Assembly (NCBI GenBank): GCA_002633005.1
Contig: NMRA01000054.1
Span: 1-64,000 of the forward strand
Direction: 5' to 3'
Length of the DNA stretch: 64,000 nucleotides
DNA from: Phoronis australis
Taxonomy: Eukaryota > Animalia > Phoronida
The notes beneath the pieces are model-generated. The model saw only the letters and a program-made list of their open reading frames with translations, was not told the origin of the DNA and did not search any database. Shown here piece after piece: positions 49,865-62,732 of the stretch. Each line of letters starts with the position of its first letter. The stretch's first letter is position 1. Position numbers and translations under genes: made by a program.

Positions 49865-52800
49865 CTGAAGTAGACCCACAATGCACCTTAGTAAGCAAGC
49901 TACGCTTACGTCAACTCTAATATGCGTATTTTTAGACTGAGCAGACTTTCGAGCATAGTAAAAACCTTGCGATCGGATAGTGTACTTTTATTGTAGAATC
50001 ACACTCAGTGCTGGTGTCTGTCTGACAAACGGGGATAGTTTGTCCTAGAAACGTTATGTGGTCTCAACACAAACAGCAAACTGTTTTGAGTAAATCATTA
50101 TGGCAATCACAGAAGACATCGTTCATATGACGCCTGAGGGAAATTTCTCTGCAATGAATTATCGCTCAAAATGCGAGCGTGATTCTGATCTGAGTACTAT
50201 AGTGGACCCAATGAAACACATAGAGTGGCATCAGTTCATAAACTGGAGACGACCGGGACCGTCATTTTTTCACAATTAATTATAGTCTGGTAAATCAACA
50301 TTTTCCAGATAAATCGACGGCCTGTTTCATGAAAGGTGACATAACGCTTAAGTCCGAAATGTGGTAACACTTGACTGTTCCTAGATGCTTCTGCAGTGCA
50401 TATTTCCCCCACAGCTTAGAAAAATTGTAAAAAAAATAGATTAAATGCTAATTTTGGGAATAGGATACATTGATGTTCATATTTTTTCGAAAAAAGTATG
50501 TGTGTGGAGCGTTAAATGAAGTTTCTGCCTTTACTCTAATAAAGCCGCTTTTCATGAAACCGGACTGTCCCAATTTTCTTGTCTCAGCTCCCCGTTTGAC
50601 ACAATTTAAGTTAAATGTGAAAAGAAGCAAGGATCATTTCAAATGGATTGCAAATAAAATCCCAATATTTGTTCGCAGACAATTAACTAAGCGAATGTAA
50701 TTTACTCCAAATTTGGGTTTAAAAATCTTTCGCTGAAATTTTCATGCAAAACATTGGTCTCGAACAGAGCTACTCAAAGGAATGACACTGTGTATCCTTA
50801 CGTCATTCCCCATACAATTCCACGACATGGTCTCAGAGCGCACACTTACATGTAGGTTTGGATGTCTGTGGCTCGTTCCCCAACGCAACATACTCGAGAG
50901 TGAAAGCTAAGTACCATAACGTATTATATGTATTATTGTATGCCGATATATCCTGGTGACTTAGGTGATTTTGCCAGTGAAAATTCGCAAGACTACGGAT
51001 CGTAGCCCAGGAACGAGCCAAAATAATTCTTAATTGTTTGTCTTACTTGACGCTTTGAGCCCTTTTCTTCTGCATGTGGAAAGAACCTGATCGGTTCTAC
51101 ACTATAGTGTTGACTTACAAAGTAAATGATGCAACATGCATATCCACATGTATTGATACAATCTGTCGCAGTCGGTGTGAAGGTAAAAATAGCTAATGGC
51201 CCTATCCCAAATGAATTCCCAACTCCCAGCCAATCGGAACGACTGAGTTTTACTTCGTTCCGTTATTCCAATGATAAGTCAAAGTCATCAAGATTATACA
51301 GTGCCATTCTTATGTGGCACTATGTACTACACAATCAGCAGGTGGCAAGACTTTCTCGTCTAGCAGTCCGCTCACCTAAAATTGCCAAGCAATATGACAC
51401 GAACAATAACGACATTGTCACATTCGGTGAGAACGCTCAAAATAGTTCGACAAAAATCCGTTTTTAGTTATTTATGTGTAAGGCAGCATTATTTTGAAAA
51501 GTATAATTGGTCACTTGACATTCCTTTGGATGCCCGATTTTACAAGATACTCTCACGCGTTTCCGTCTGGAAATACTCTGACCCCATCCTGAGTTCAAAG
51601 ACACCAGGACCTCGTTACAAATTAACAGAGCTTCGTGAGACTATGCGAGATATTTTTGTGTATTTTAAACGAGAACGCGCGATTTTGACTAGATTTTTAT
51701 CGCCGCGAGGCACCTCAGCTCTATCAAATGGGTGTCTTATTGTACGAAGTAAATGCGTCTGACACAGCGCCACTTCTCGTAGTTTTGGGAAAGACTGTGC
51801 GGTATGAATGATTCCAAAAGTAAATTGACTTCGATTACGTATTAAGCGCTGTCATGGTATGTTCAGACTTTAACTTAGGTTAGTATTACTAATAAGCTGG
51901 GATGGATGATAAGTGTATGTGCGTACATACCCGATAACTTATGCGGACTGCAATCAAACAATGCGTAAATAGCATACCAACGACGAAGTTGAGTAAGCGT
52001 ACAGTAAACATCATTCCATTCCGGTTCTTTACGTTTTCTACCCCATTTTTCAAATTTTATTTGTGCTGAAGTCATCATCGCAGTTCTCATTGACAATGAC
52101 GTCACAATTAACGTCTTACATTACTTAATACGTACGACATCTACTTACTGTAGCGTCAGTGACCAACAAGGCTCATACAGACTCTAACCTGTTCACAAAA
52201 CAAACTAAAAGTCAAAGGTTTTCCAACACTTTCGCTTGTGACAAAAACTCCAGTTACAGGTGTCATTTGTTCTTATTGTTTTGGCTGATTGGTGACGCAG
52301 GACATAGTTTTGTTTTTTCAAAGATACTTTTATGTTATAAGCGAAACGTTGACCATGAACTCAATGTTTAAATTTGCTCTTACAACCAGATTGCTATTGA
52401 TCCTTCAGCCAAGAACTGATGCAGTCATCCTTATATTTCGGAACGAAAACTGTGATAGGATTTAATCTTTAATGCTATGTTAACTTTTTGGCGTTTTTGA
52501 CTTAGCATAGGTAGCGTAGCCTGAAACGGATCTGAATCGAGTTTTATAAATACAGTATTAAGCCATTGTAGGTGAATAGAGACCTTCCGCAGCAATTTTG
52601 TGGGTCCCATAGATGACAGATGCCAACACCGCGCTAAACTTAAAAACAAGGATTTGGGACACAATATTATTCTTACCAGCGTAAATATTTTTTCTGATCC
52701 TCTTGGTCGTGTGCCTTTCGTTATACGAATTAGATTTACGTTCAACCACTTATTTTTAAAATGAGACAAAAAGTTGCACTTCAAGGTCAACATTTGTCCG

Positions 52801-53444
52801 TTTGGTTTCATGAACCGCTCACGGTATGATCACGTGCTATATTGAACAAGTCCTTTTGGACGAATCCGCCCTGCAAAAGGGGTGGGGGATCACTCATGGG
52901 GAGAGTATCGCCCCTCACAATCCTTAGTCAGCTTTTGGAAAAGATTGTGAGTTTGTTAGCATTATATGTTACGTTAAAGGTATTTTTTAAAAAGCTCCGA
53001 AGGTTCTTGAGTGCAAATGAGTCCGAAGAATCGTAAGTCCGAATGCAGGTTTACACAAGTCCGTCAAAAATGATGCTCGTTACCCAGTCCGAAATTAGCT
53101 CCAAAGTTCACAACACTAAAGTTCGAAGACTCATATGCTCCGATGTCGACGACTTGGCGTTACCAGTTTTGGAACGCATTATACATTTGGACTTATGAAC
53201 TTTCACATTTGTGAGCCTGCGGACTTAGTGAGACTCAAATTTTGTATTGCACGGGGAAATTTGGGTTTTGATCTGCAGAGTCGGAGGGTGTTTTTTGACT
53301 GCCGACCTGTCTTGTTCCATAGGGTGTAAACCGACTGCAGTAATGACTCTGTTAACAATTTTAGTTTGGGCAGGACATTAATAATTCTTTTACTTATAAC
53401 CGGTCCCCAGTTTCTTCCAGACCGCCGTTACCGCTATTTTGTGT

Positions 53445-53700
53445 AATGAAAAAGGTCGGAAAACAACGGAAGCAACAGGCTTGGAGGGACAATCGGTCCA
53501 GACTGGCTGCACAGTTCCCGCAATCAGAAAACGCAACGATAAGCAGTTAAAGAACTTTTGGAAACGCTCATAAATGAAGGCTAAAAAGGAATTTTCATCA
53601 CTTAAAAAGCTGCAAAGGAAACCGGCGGAGGACCAAAGGAGGTGGAACTCAGTCAGGAAAATCAGGTGGTGTTAGACTTGATCCTAGATGATGACGTCGT
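53445..53700 (+). pseudogene. Decayed Myb/SANT-like DNA-binding domain (Harbinger ORF2/MSANTD type)
   Basis: RKQQAW, then (frameshifted) RKRNDKQLKNFWKRS*MKAKKEFHHLKKLQRKTGGGP; stop codon and frameshift present. Confidence 0.75.
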
Positions 53701-54570
53701 CAGTCCTGCCCGAAATGCTTACGACGATGACGCCCTGCTTAGCCAGTCAGACTGTACGGAGTTTGTGGGACACACTGCAACAGGTACGAGTCAACATTTG
53801 TACGTGCTGTCTTCTTGTCAGCCACGGTCGATGCAGTCCACAATAAATCAGATGTTACAGGGAGAGCAAATCCCAATGTGCTCAAGGGGTCTTGTACCCG
53901 GATTAGATAGCAGACACCGTCTCCCCTTTCGAGTCCCCCACGTGGTTCGAGTACACGAAGCACACCGCGTGGCAACCAGGAACAAGTCTATTGTACCCCC
54001 TACTCAAAGATAAGTAGACAGGGTACGCCACAAAGCCACCAAGCTCCATTTTGCCTGAGAATCCCTGTTGGTGCTAGAAAAGCAATGGAGTCAGAAAAGC
54101 CGTCAAATTCCCGAGGTAGGCAGTCTTTTCCGTGTATGAACCTACATGTAAGTCCCGTTCATGGAAGGCGTTTTTGCGGAAATACTTGCAGAAATATTTT
54201 TCGTATCATGTTAAATTTTGTGCATTAGAACAAAAATTGCGGAACCATAACAGTGACGATGAAAAAACAGAAGCTGCTGGTAAGATGTCAATTTTAATCG
54301 AAGCCTTAGTGAATCACTCAGAAACTCATAATTCTCTTTGTCAAACCTTAACTGAAGACGATTTCCAAAGCAATCGCGTCATTATTGCCAACACAAAAAA
54401 CGGATTTGGTCTTTTGGGCAATTGAAGACTATTTTAAATACAATAAATTTGTTACGAACTGATTGCACACAATATAAAACATGTAATAAGCATTATGAAA
54501 AGAAAAGTTTCGCGCGCAAACGCTGTGGACCATAAACAAGTAAGTCTCTTAGTATAAAATTGGGAGCTAA

Positions 54571-54650
54571 ATCGTGGTGGTGTAGTGGTAAAGTACGCGC
54601 CCTCCATCCGCCAGGTCTTGAGTTCGATTCCTTGGTACTTGCAGCTTTTC
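54571..54650 (+). other. tRNA-derived box A/box B segment (SINE-like or pseudo-tRNA)
   Basis: TGGTGTAGTGGT at 54578, GAGTTCGATTCC at 54620 and TTTT at 54646; no acceptor stem. Confidence 0.6.
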
Positions 54651-55915
54651 CTGTTAGACGGTTTCTCTTTTTTTGCCTTTTTTTCTTGGAAAATACTTCA
54701 GGAATCAAGCAAAATGCTTGTTTTTTAGAGGAAAAAACAGAAAAATTTCCTAGGCGGGAGGGGGACAAACCCCCTTCCGACCTCCCCCCATTCGGTGCTA
54801 CGCGCATCTACAATCGTGCTTTGAACAAATGTTTACAGACAAAATGTTGGGCCCCCTTATAATATCCTAGATCCGCCACTGATTCTACGTTGAACTTGAT
54901 TTTATTGTACCTTTTTAACACTTGAATTATTGTGAAAATATTGTGACTTGTTTTCCTGAACTGACTCCGAAGTTACTCTAAAAACACGTTTAAAAGTAAC
55001 CAAAATTTCTTTGACGTTATCTTTACAGATGTGACTGCGTTACTGCTGTTGAGAAGCCTGGGACCTCAAAACTGGCCTCATCAAAACCAACTGGTTTACA
55101 TCCATCGACATTACTCAGGTGCGAAACTGTTATTCAAAATGAATACTTGTACTCTACGTTACTGACTTATTTACTTACAGTGCTTGAGGAACATGGGATG
55201 TCAAGACTTAAAATTTAAATGCCGTCGGCTTATTTGGCCATGTCTCTGAGCTGCACGGATTGAAATATCCCTGTTAAACGGGAACAAGGCAATCAAACAT
55301 GCAAACTTCGATTCATATGCCCAACACTTGACTAGTAGATACAAACTACATCAAATGTATGAACAGAAATTCATACATGTAAACCAAAAACCACGGTTGT
55401 GAACTAATATCACATAATTGTGTAAACATTTTCTAGTAATGGAGGTCATCATTCGCTTTCCCAAGGAGCCCAGCACGAAGCAAATGGCGACACAAAATGT
55501 ATCTATACAAGAACGATGTTCTTACATGCTATTTGTATGTCTGATTTTTGTTTGATTTGTTAGTTCGTGTGCATGACTTTTTGTTTGTACACATCATGTT
55601 GTGGTTCGTATGTATGAATAAAGTGTTCTTCCTAATGATGCAGTGTTTTGCTTGTGACTTGAAGTTCCTGTGTAAGACTTGAAGCTTGTGCGTATCACTC
55701 AAAGTTTGTTCCTATCATTGCCTGGTACCATTGTGTAGTTGTTGACAAATGTTGAACTCAAGGTAACTTTCTTTATTACTTAAATGTGATTATGCAAACG
55801 ATGTATTTTCAGTGGGCTTGAGCTTTCTGGGATCAATGCAATTGTTTCTGCCTGTGACGACGAAGCTTCGACTTGTATCCAGGCCATTTGTTACAAGGGT
55901 GTTGTGAAAGTACTG

Positions 55916-56122
55916 GGGCCTGTTCCAAGAAACTGACAAGTTCATTTTTACTTAAGTTTAATATTTTTTTTTAATTTCCAAGCTTTGAAACTTCCAATTT
56001 TGGTAAGTTAAGACGAAACCTATGTCAACTTAAGATCTCTTTCTCGAATTGGTTTTGAGACAAATTTTACTTTCAAAATTTGAAATTTAACTTAGCTAAG
56101 TCAGTTCTGCTGGAACGGGCCA
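55916..56122. mobile_element. 207-bp Harbinger-type MITE
   Basis: GGGCCTGTTCCAAGAAACTGAC ... GTCAGTTCTGCTGGAACGGGCCA; TSD CTG. Confidence 0.78.
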
Positions 56123-56583
56123 CTGATCTTTAAAATTTGAGAGAACTACTCAGTTCTCATAAACTATCTTGACAACAAATTGTTTAGTGTTGTAATTGAT
56201 AAATGAATTGTGAAATATTTTGTGCATGTAATATACATGGTATATTTCCATAAAAATGAATTTTTCTACATGTCTTGTATGGTCAGGAATGGTGTGCATG
56301 ACTGAATTTTGCATACTCTGTATACATGCATTGTATACATTTGTGATTTGCAGAAATTTACCTAAAAGTGAATGCATCAATGAGCAGCAGTTTTGGTGAC
56401 CCTTTTGAGTAAATACCACCTTTTAGGTGCGGTCTTATAGGCCAACCTGCAACTAATCTCGTCATGTTTGTGTTTTTAACATGACAAGTTGGTATTCCTA
56501 ACTTATTCGAATACAGTGTGGGCAGACCAGAATTCACTGATTATTTTTGCAGCTACATTACTTTGCACTGAATTTGACATTAT

Positions 56584-56699
56584 TACTTGGCAAAATTTAT
56601 TTTGCCAAGTAAAAATTTGATGTCAGACCAACATACTTGGCGAAAATGTTTTTGCCAAGTAAAAACTTGATGTCAGACCAACATACTTGGCGAAATTTA
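56584..56699. repeat. 50-bp tandem repeat (2.3 copies) with an internal palindrome
   Basis: TACTTGGC(A/G)AAA...TTTGCCAAGTA units start at 56584, 56634 and 56684. Confidence 0.85.
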
Positions 56700-57412
56700 T
56701 CATCACATCTTTCCATGTAATGACAATGTAAAGTATCAGATGACTGGAATTAACAGCTTTTGAGATATTAGCAGATAAACTGTGTTTTAGTTTAAAAAAG
56801 TATCAAAATTTAGCATTAGAAAGTTCATCTTCTTATTTTTAAAGTTTTATTTAAAAAATTCACTGTGAAGCACCTTGTAATTGGTTAGAATTACTGTAAA
56901 TAACATTGTGATTACTATGGCATAGATTTAATGTAATTAAAAAGTTGGTGAAGTCATTGCAGTTGGTCAACGTAAACATGGCCATTTGAACCCTAAAATG
57001 CACTGATTACATGTACTTTGGGCCCATTTTCTTCCCACTACTAAAAGCTTGGGATTTAGCTAATTGAACTTGCACTACTCGGTCACTTACTAAACGGTGA
57101 ATATGCAGTCACCATGTAGTAACAATCACCCCGAGATACATTGTAGTTATAAATCCTACGTAAAGTCACGATGCGTTGAAGTGCTTTTAGCAAAATGTTA
57201 GTGTTCATGTTGATCATAGATTATACACAACATACATGTAGTCCATGATGTTGACCCTACGCCGATCAGTGAGCCAGACTATTTTCACTCACTAAACAAT
57301 AACGCATGAGTCGAACGTTTTCCGTTAGAAATGCACATAAATGAAATCCTAGGGAAAAGTATATTGGGTCAAACTTGGGAGAGCATAAAAACCAAATAAA
57401 TCCATAACTTAC

Positions 57413-57631
57413 TTCAGAAATGGAACTTCTTTGAGTCAATCGAGGTGTCGATGTGCTTTCGAAACCATCACTGTTTTGCTTTCGGTGACCTTTCACCTCT
57501 CTGAGGTCATCAGACCATTTCCAAATAAGGCACCGCAATGCATTTTGGGACTGTGATGTCGGACTTGACGAGCACGAAGGCGTGTCTTTTTGGTCAAGTT
57601 TCAAACGTAAAGAAAAATACTCCAAACTCAT
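57413..57631 (-). CDS. Candidate orphan exon (73 codons)
   Basis: TTTTAG|ATG...GAA|GTAAGT, open only in phase 0; no partner exons found. Confidence 0.3.
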
Positions 57632-60600
57632 CTAAAACTCACTATATTTAACCTACAAAAACTTGTATGACACGACGTGATACAGGTTTCATGCAAGATG
57701 GGTAACATTTACTTTTTATTCTTATCTTACACTATTTTTCACGTTCCAAGCCACTTTAAGCGATCAATGTTTGATTTATTTTTCATATCGTTTCACTTAT
57801 TAATTTCGTCTTAGAGATTATATTCACTGGATTCGAAAATAATTTGGGGGTAGCGCTTTAAAGAGATAATAACGTACTGCCGCCTACTGAATTATAAAGA
57901 TATACATTATACAGAGCTCTCCATTTTCACTTCAATGACATGGATACCAATATTTTACCTTTTACAGTTTGAGTATTTTTCAGAGCATTCTGTACATGTA
58001 TGTCAATCCATGGGAATTCTAAGGAACTTAGCCAAGCCTTTTTGAAAAATGCCAACCATGAACTGTATCACCAGAGTTCTTTACTTAGATATGGCACCGT
58101 GCATAGCTGGTGTACTTTATTTTGATCTGGTAAAAGCCATAATATTGAGGAGTTCCCGTGCTAGGTCGGGATTGACACAAACAATGAACGTGCTTATGAA
58201 ATTCTTGACCTGTTAAGTGGAGCGGTCAGGGCAACACGGGAGGGGTTTCATAAAGGATAATCTACAGCGATGATTGATCTTTCGTGCACACATGATTCAA
58301 GTTGCTTCTAAAACAATGGAAACGGAAAACTTGTGCCACCCTCGAATACTAATGCCACTGGAATACTAAAACGGGATTTTTTACTTTTTAGCTTTGCGTG
58401 AGAAAGTACATTGCCAACAAATACCCGTTGACGGTAGTTGTAACCACTTTAATTTGTTGACCATCACCTCGCGTCAAATCTGTTTAAACCACTTAAAGTT
58501 TGAAAAACTAGAACAGATTCCTGTTTTGATACCTTATAAACCTGTCGTTCAGGTTTTTATTATAACTCGGCAGTAGTGCCTCTGTGATGTAGATTTCGTT
58601 AAAAACGATTCGACATTGATTGTTAGGTAACTTCTTTCTGCATTTCTCGTATTTCATAAAAATACTCCTTGTGTGCAATCCCGACGTTTTTTTGCTATTG
58701 TAAACATTCACCTAGACGCTGAAATTGACGCTTTCAATAAAAAAAAAACAATTACACACGTGTTCGCGAACATAAATCAAACCGGTTTTAGGATGGGAAC
58801 GGTGTTAACTTGTGTGATGTAGTAAGACATCTTGCTTAAGAACATAATGCTATTTTTAACGATGAAGGTCATTGCTTTTCTTCGAACTGCATAAATAGGT
58901 GGGCCAGAGTTGATAACCATCTTAAGTTCAACAAAGCTGTCATCATGAGGGGTGAAGCCTTCAACAGCATCATTCCGTTGGTAAGGTATTGTAATTTAAA
59001 GGGTCACCTGCGCGCACCCAGCCTAAAATATGGGGGGCTCGAATTTTTAAGATTTACAGATTCACAGGATACGTTCAGAGCTAAGGATTATGCGTTCGCC
59101 GAATTTTGGTAGTTCCTGCCTTTTAGAGGACTTTTGTCTCTTTTTCTATTTTCCGAGTCTGTGTTTCTATGAGGCGGAGCTTTTGCCCACTTTGCCGAAT
59201 GGGGCAAGGGGGTAAGCTGCCCCCGGGTGCGTACAAGAGACACTTTCACCTTTACGACCAAAAAAGGCATTTTTGGGATAATCATTGGATGGAATAGACT
59301 TTTTGAAGTTATTATCTTTGACCAGATCGATAACGGTTTGTGTTTTTGTGACTTCATTGCCAATTCTTGCCGTTATCTGTCAGATATTTGTTGAAATCAA
59401 GACGTGACTTGGTCATCCTAACACGTTGAAAAACTCCAACTCATCGAGCGTCAGACTGTGACCGCGAGGGACATCGAGAGTAAAAATTTCGAGTCCGCTC
59501 TGAGGTTGTTCTCAGATAAACACATTTCTCGCCCACGTACAGTATACATTTAACGCTGTATCTTATTGTTGAGTTAAATGAATAAAATAAGAGCTCAGGT
59601 AGATTAAAATCCGTATTCTAGTTGCAAAATTACAGGTAAATTTTTATTGAACATATAATATGTGTCCAAATATGGTATCAAGCTTCAATCACTGCATTTG
59701 AATCAATTTTTGAACAGAGATTCATAAAATGGACAGGTTATTGTTCTCAAGTATTTTTATATTTTCCAGGTTAAAATGTCCAAAGATATTTTTACAATGT
59801 GTTTATGTTGAAGTAGTTTTCAATCGACTTAGCGGTCGAAAAAACACACTTTGGCGATATTTTTTGTTAAAGTTGACCTCACAAAAGTTATTGGCTTTGG
59901 CCGGTTCTACACAATAGCAAAATATGTTACCTATTGGAAATCTTAATGTAGGTTGCCGATGGTTAGCAAAGACAAGCTTCTAGTTTCAGTAAACAGAAAT
60001 TTCATTACGGTCTTCACTGCAGTAGGCCTACTCACCAGACGGTTGACCGTGAATGACATTACCACGGGTGGGGGAGCTCACGCGATCCAAATTAGCTGCG
60101 CTTTTTAGTCACGGTTACCAGCTAGTGTTAGCGAATCAGCTTTAGGCGGTTTATGCTAGACATGGGAAGTTGCCCTGGTGATACATGATTCAGTTAACAA
60201 ATAAAAATATCACCTAAAAGCTGTGCTGGTAGCAATACTTTCAAGTATTTTTTGCTATTGTCATCAACTCGAATTTTTTCCTTATCGAATTTCATTTTTG
60301 TTGAATCCCATTGTTATAGTTGTACTGTGCACAAATGTGATGGTGGTAATATCACGAAGTAGATACAAGCGTTGTGTCTTTATTATCATACCTCAAATTC
60401 ACATGTACAGGTCTTTTCAAGAATGTAGGTTTTACGTGTTTAGCTGCACTAAACAAAGTTCTCAATTAAATTATTTTGGTGCCGTTTCCATCGTAGTAGA
60501 GAATGGAGTCAATTGCTCCGCAAACAAAATGTGGCAAAGAGAAAGCGCATTGGCATTGGCATGAAGAATACAGCAGCTTCTGCGGAACACGTGTCACACA

Positions 60601-61199
60601 GTGTTTGACCTTCAGCAAATAAATGTGCAGGACCACTGGGTCAGTTACTTGAATATGCGACAACATCCACATAGGGCCTATGTGTGAAAGTTTACTGGCT
60701 CCGCCCTAAATCCACTGGCCCCGGACCAGCGTGTATTTCGAACGCTGGTCTCACACTGTTTTCTTCCACCAAATGGAGTCTAACCACATGCCTCTATCAA
60801 CGTATCCAGTACCTGACCTTGTATTGCACGCAGATATTCAAATGATGTTTGCTTGGGTTCATGGAGAATTAAAGTCCGTAGGCTGTAAAGTTCATTCTCC
60901 CAATAAAATTCTTTGACCCCTCTTTTCCAATTATGAAGATGAAGTTTTCAACCAATATCGAGATTGTTAAATACTTATTGTAAATAAGTACAATAAGGCA
61001 TTTGTAATCTTGAGTTCTTTTTTCGTAGTAACCGGTACCTGTAAAAAGAGAAAAGAAAAATAACGATCAAATATACTTGGGGACCATTTTGTTACATCAG
61101 TGTTTCCCACGACCAGTTTTAGTCTCAATCAAAATGGCAGTAAAACCCTTAAAGATACACTGAGTTCTTATAAAAACGTGTTGTTTTATTTCGCTCTGT

Positions 61200-62732
61200 T
61201 ACGGATTTACTGGTATTTGGACACACCGTATTCTACGAAGTTCGGCAGGCCACAATAATTTGTCCGTAGCACCGAGGAGTTTGGGGTCTGTTCGGAGATA
61301 AATTCGAAATTTTCTTCCGTGAAATGCAGACTGGAGAGCCTCTATCTGTGTTGTTTAACTTGTGATTTTTTTAGTTCTAAACACACAAAACGCTTGTTAT
61401 CCCGGTCAGTGGCTCGGAACCCGTTCAGGCCCGTCACGGCCGCCGCGTCTGGCACGAACATAAGCCAGCTTGAGTTGGAAACTAAACCTACAGTCACGAA
61501 AAGACTATAATAGTGAGCCAAAGAAGTAATGTGCACGTAATATTATGTGAATTAGCATCGAAACTCAGTGAAAATCTACTTATTTGTCGGGGGCCGCGAT
61601 GTCGGGTTCCCCTTCCACACACCGTCAGGGCAAAGGTTGTACCGTGACAATAATGTGAATAATGTATTTGTATTTCTAAATAAAGATTCCCCTAACATGT
61701 GACCATGGCATATAAAATCGAGTAATTGTTTCACAACAGCTTTCTGTCAGCAAACACTGAATTAGCATGTGTTCACGCGGCCTCGGTGCCCGGTCAATTA
61801 CCTTTGTTACTGGCATCAAAAGCCGGTAACGCAGTGGTTTATTCATTGCTGGCTTCTCAAAACAATTGCACTCACGAGCACTGGTTAGGACTGAGAATAA
61901 TTCATTTTAAACAGAACGCAGAATAATAAACGTCTACTTATAAACAGCAACTCGCCCCGCGCCAATCCCCATAACGGGAGAGACCGTCCGGAATTGGTAT
62001 ATGGTGCAACTCCGGACAGTCTGGGGTCAACAGAAAACCACAGTTCAACTGTGAGTCTACACCAATGTGATAAACGATAGTAGTTCTACTTGCTGCGTCA
62101 GCTGCAGGTGTGCTTATCTCTTTTATGACACACAGAGTGTGACTGGGTAAAGCGTTTTCAAATTAATGTGGATAAATCAGTGGAGTGTGAGACCCCTGAG
62201 GTCCCTGTCACGTCCTCACGACAATTCTACGTTAAGGACTTAATCAAGAGCTCAGGCGACGAAGACTTCATGAGTCGGATCGTTAGGTTTCATAGGCTAT
62301 CAGTTCAAACCGGAATACACTGATCAAGAAATACTAGAGAGCCCCCGCGAACATGCTCAAGCAACGGAACGTATGGATAGTTCTTTGGTAAGCCGGAATT
62401 CGTCAGAGAAATCACTGTCGACGAAATGCCGGCCACAAACACGGAGATGTTTCACGGCCTCATACTTGCTATTAACAGCCTACCTTTCATTCTTCACTAC
62501 CGCGATCCACTTCCTTAGCATTTCGGGCTCTCGAGGAAGTCGAAAAAACGATATACCCGCTTTCTTCGCAACTTCATAGTTCGGACAAGCGGGAACGATG
62601 CACCGCAATATATCGGCATTCTCTCCGCGTCGCTGCGTCCTTTCTCACCTTCCTCACAGGTTAACGCGACACCTCTCGGCAAGGTGAGGTCGACCGTATA
62701 AGAGGCGATGTGGATATAGGCCGATTAAGACG
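61200..62732 (-). mobile_element. Second Kolobok-like element with a THAP domain
   Basis: Inverted homolog of 28372-29700; CIVPAC...FFRLP...RKW...RVCGRHF with one in-frame TAG; ends uncertain. Confidence 0.82.

Noticed and set aside
56584-56699. CRISPR-like array
   Set aside because: Spacers are identical, only 2.3 units, eukaryotic context, no cas genes.
57475-57516. Minus-strand hammerhead (CTGATGA CCTC AGA GAGGT GAAA)
   Set aside because: Stem II register consumes A9 and lacks the R10.1-Y11.1 pair; no convincing stems I and III.
58997-59060. Kolobok-like terminus TTAAAGGGTCACCTG
   Set aside because: No matching downstream end found, so the element cannot be delimited.
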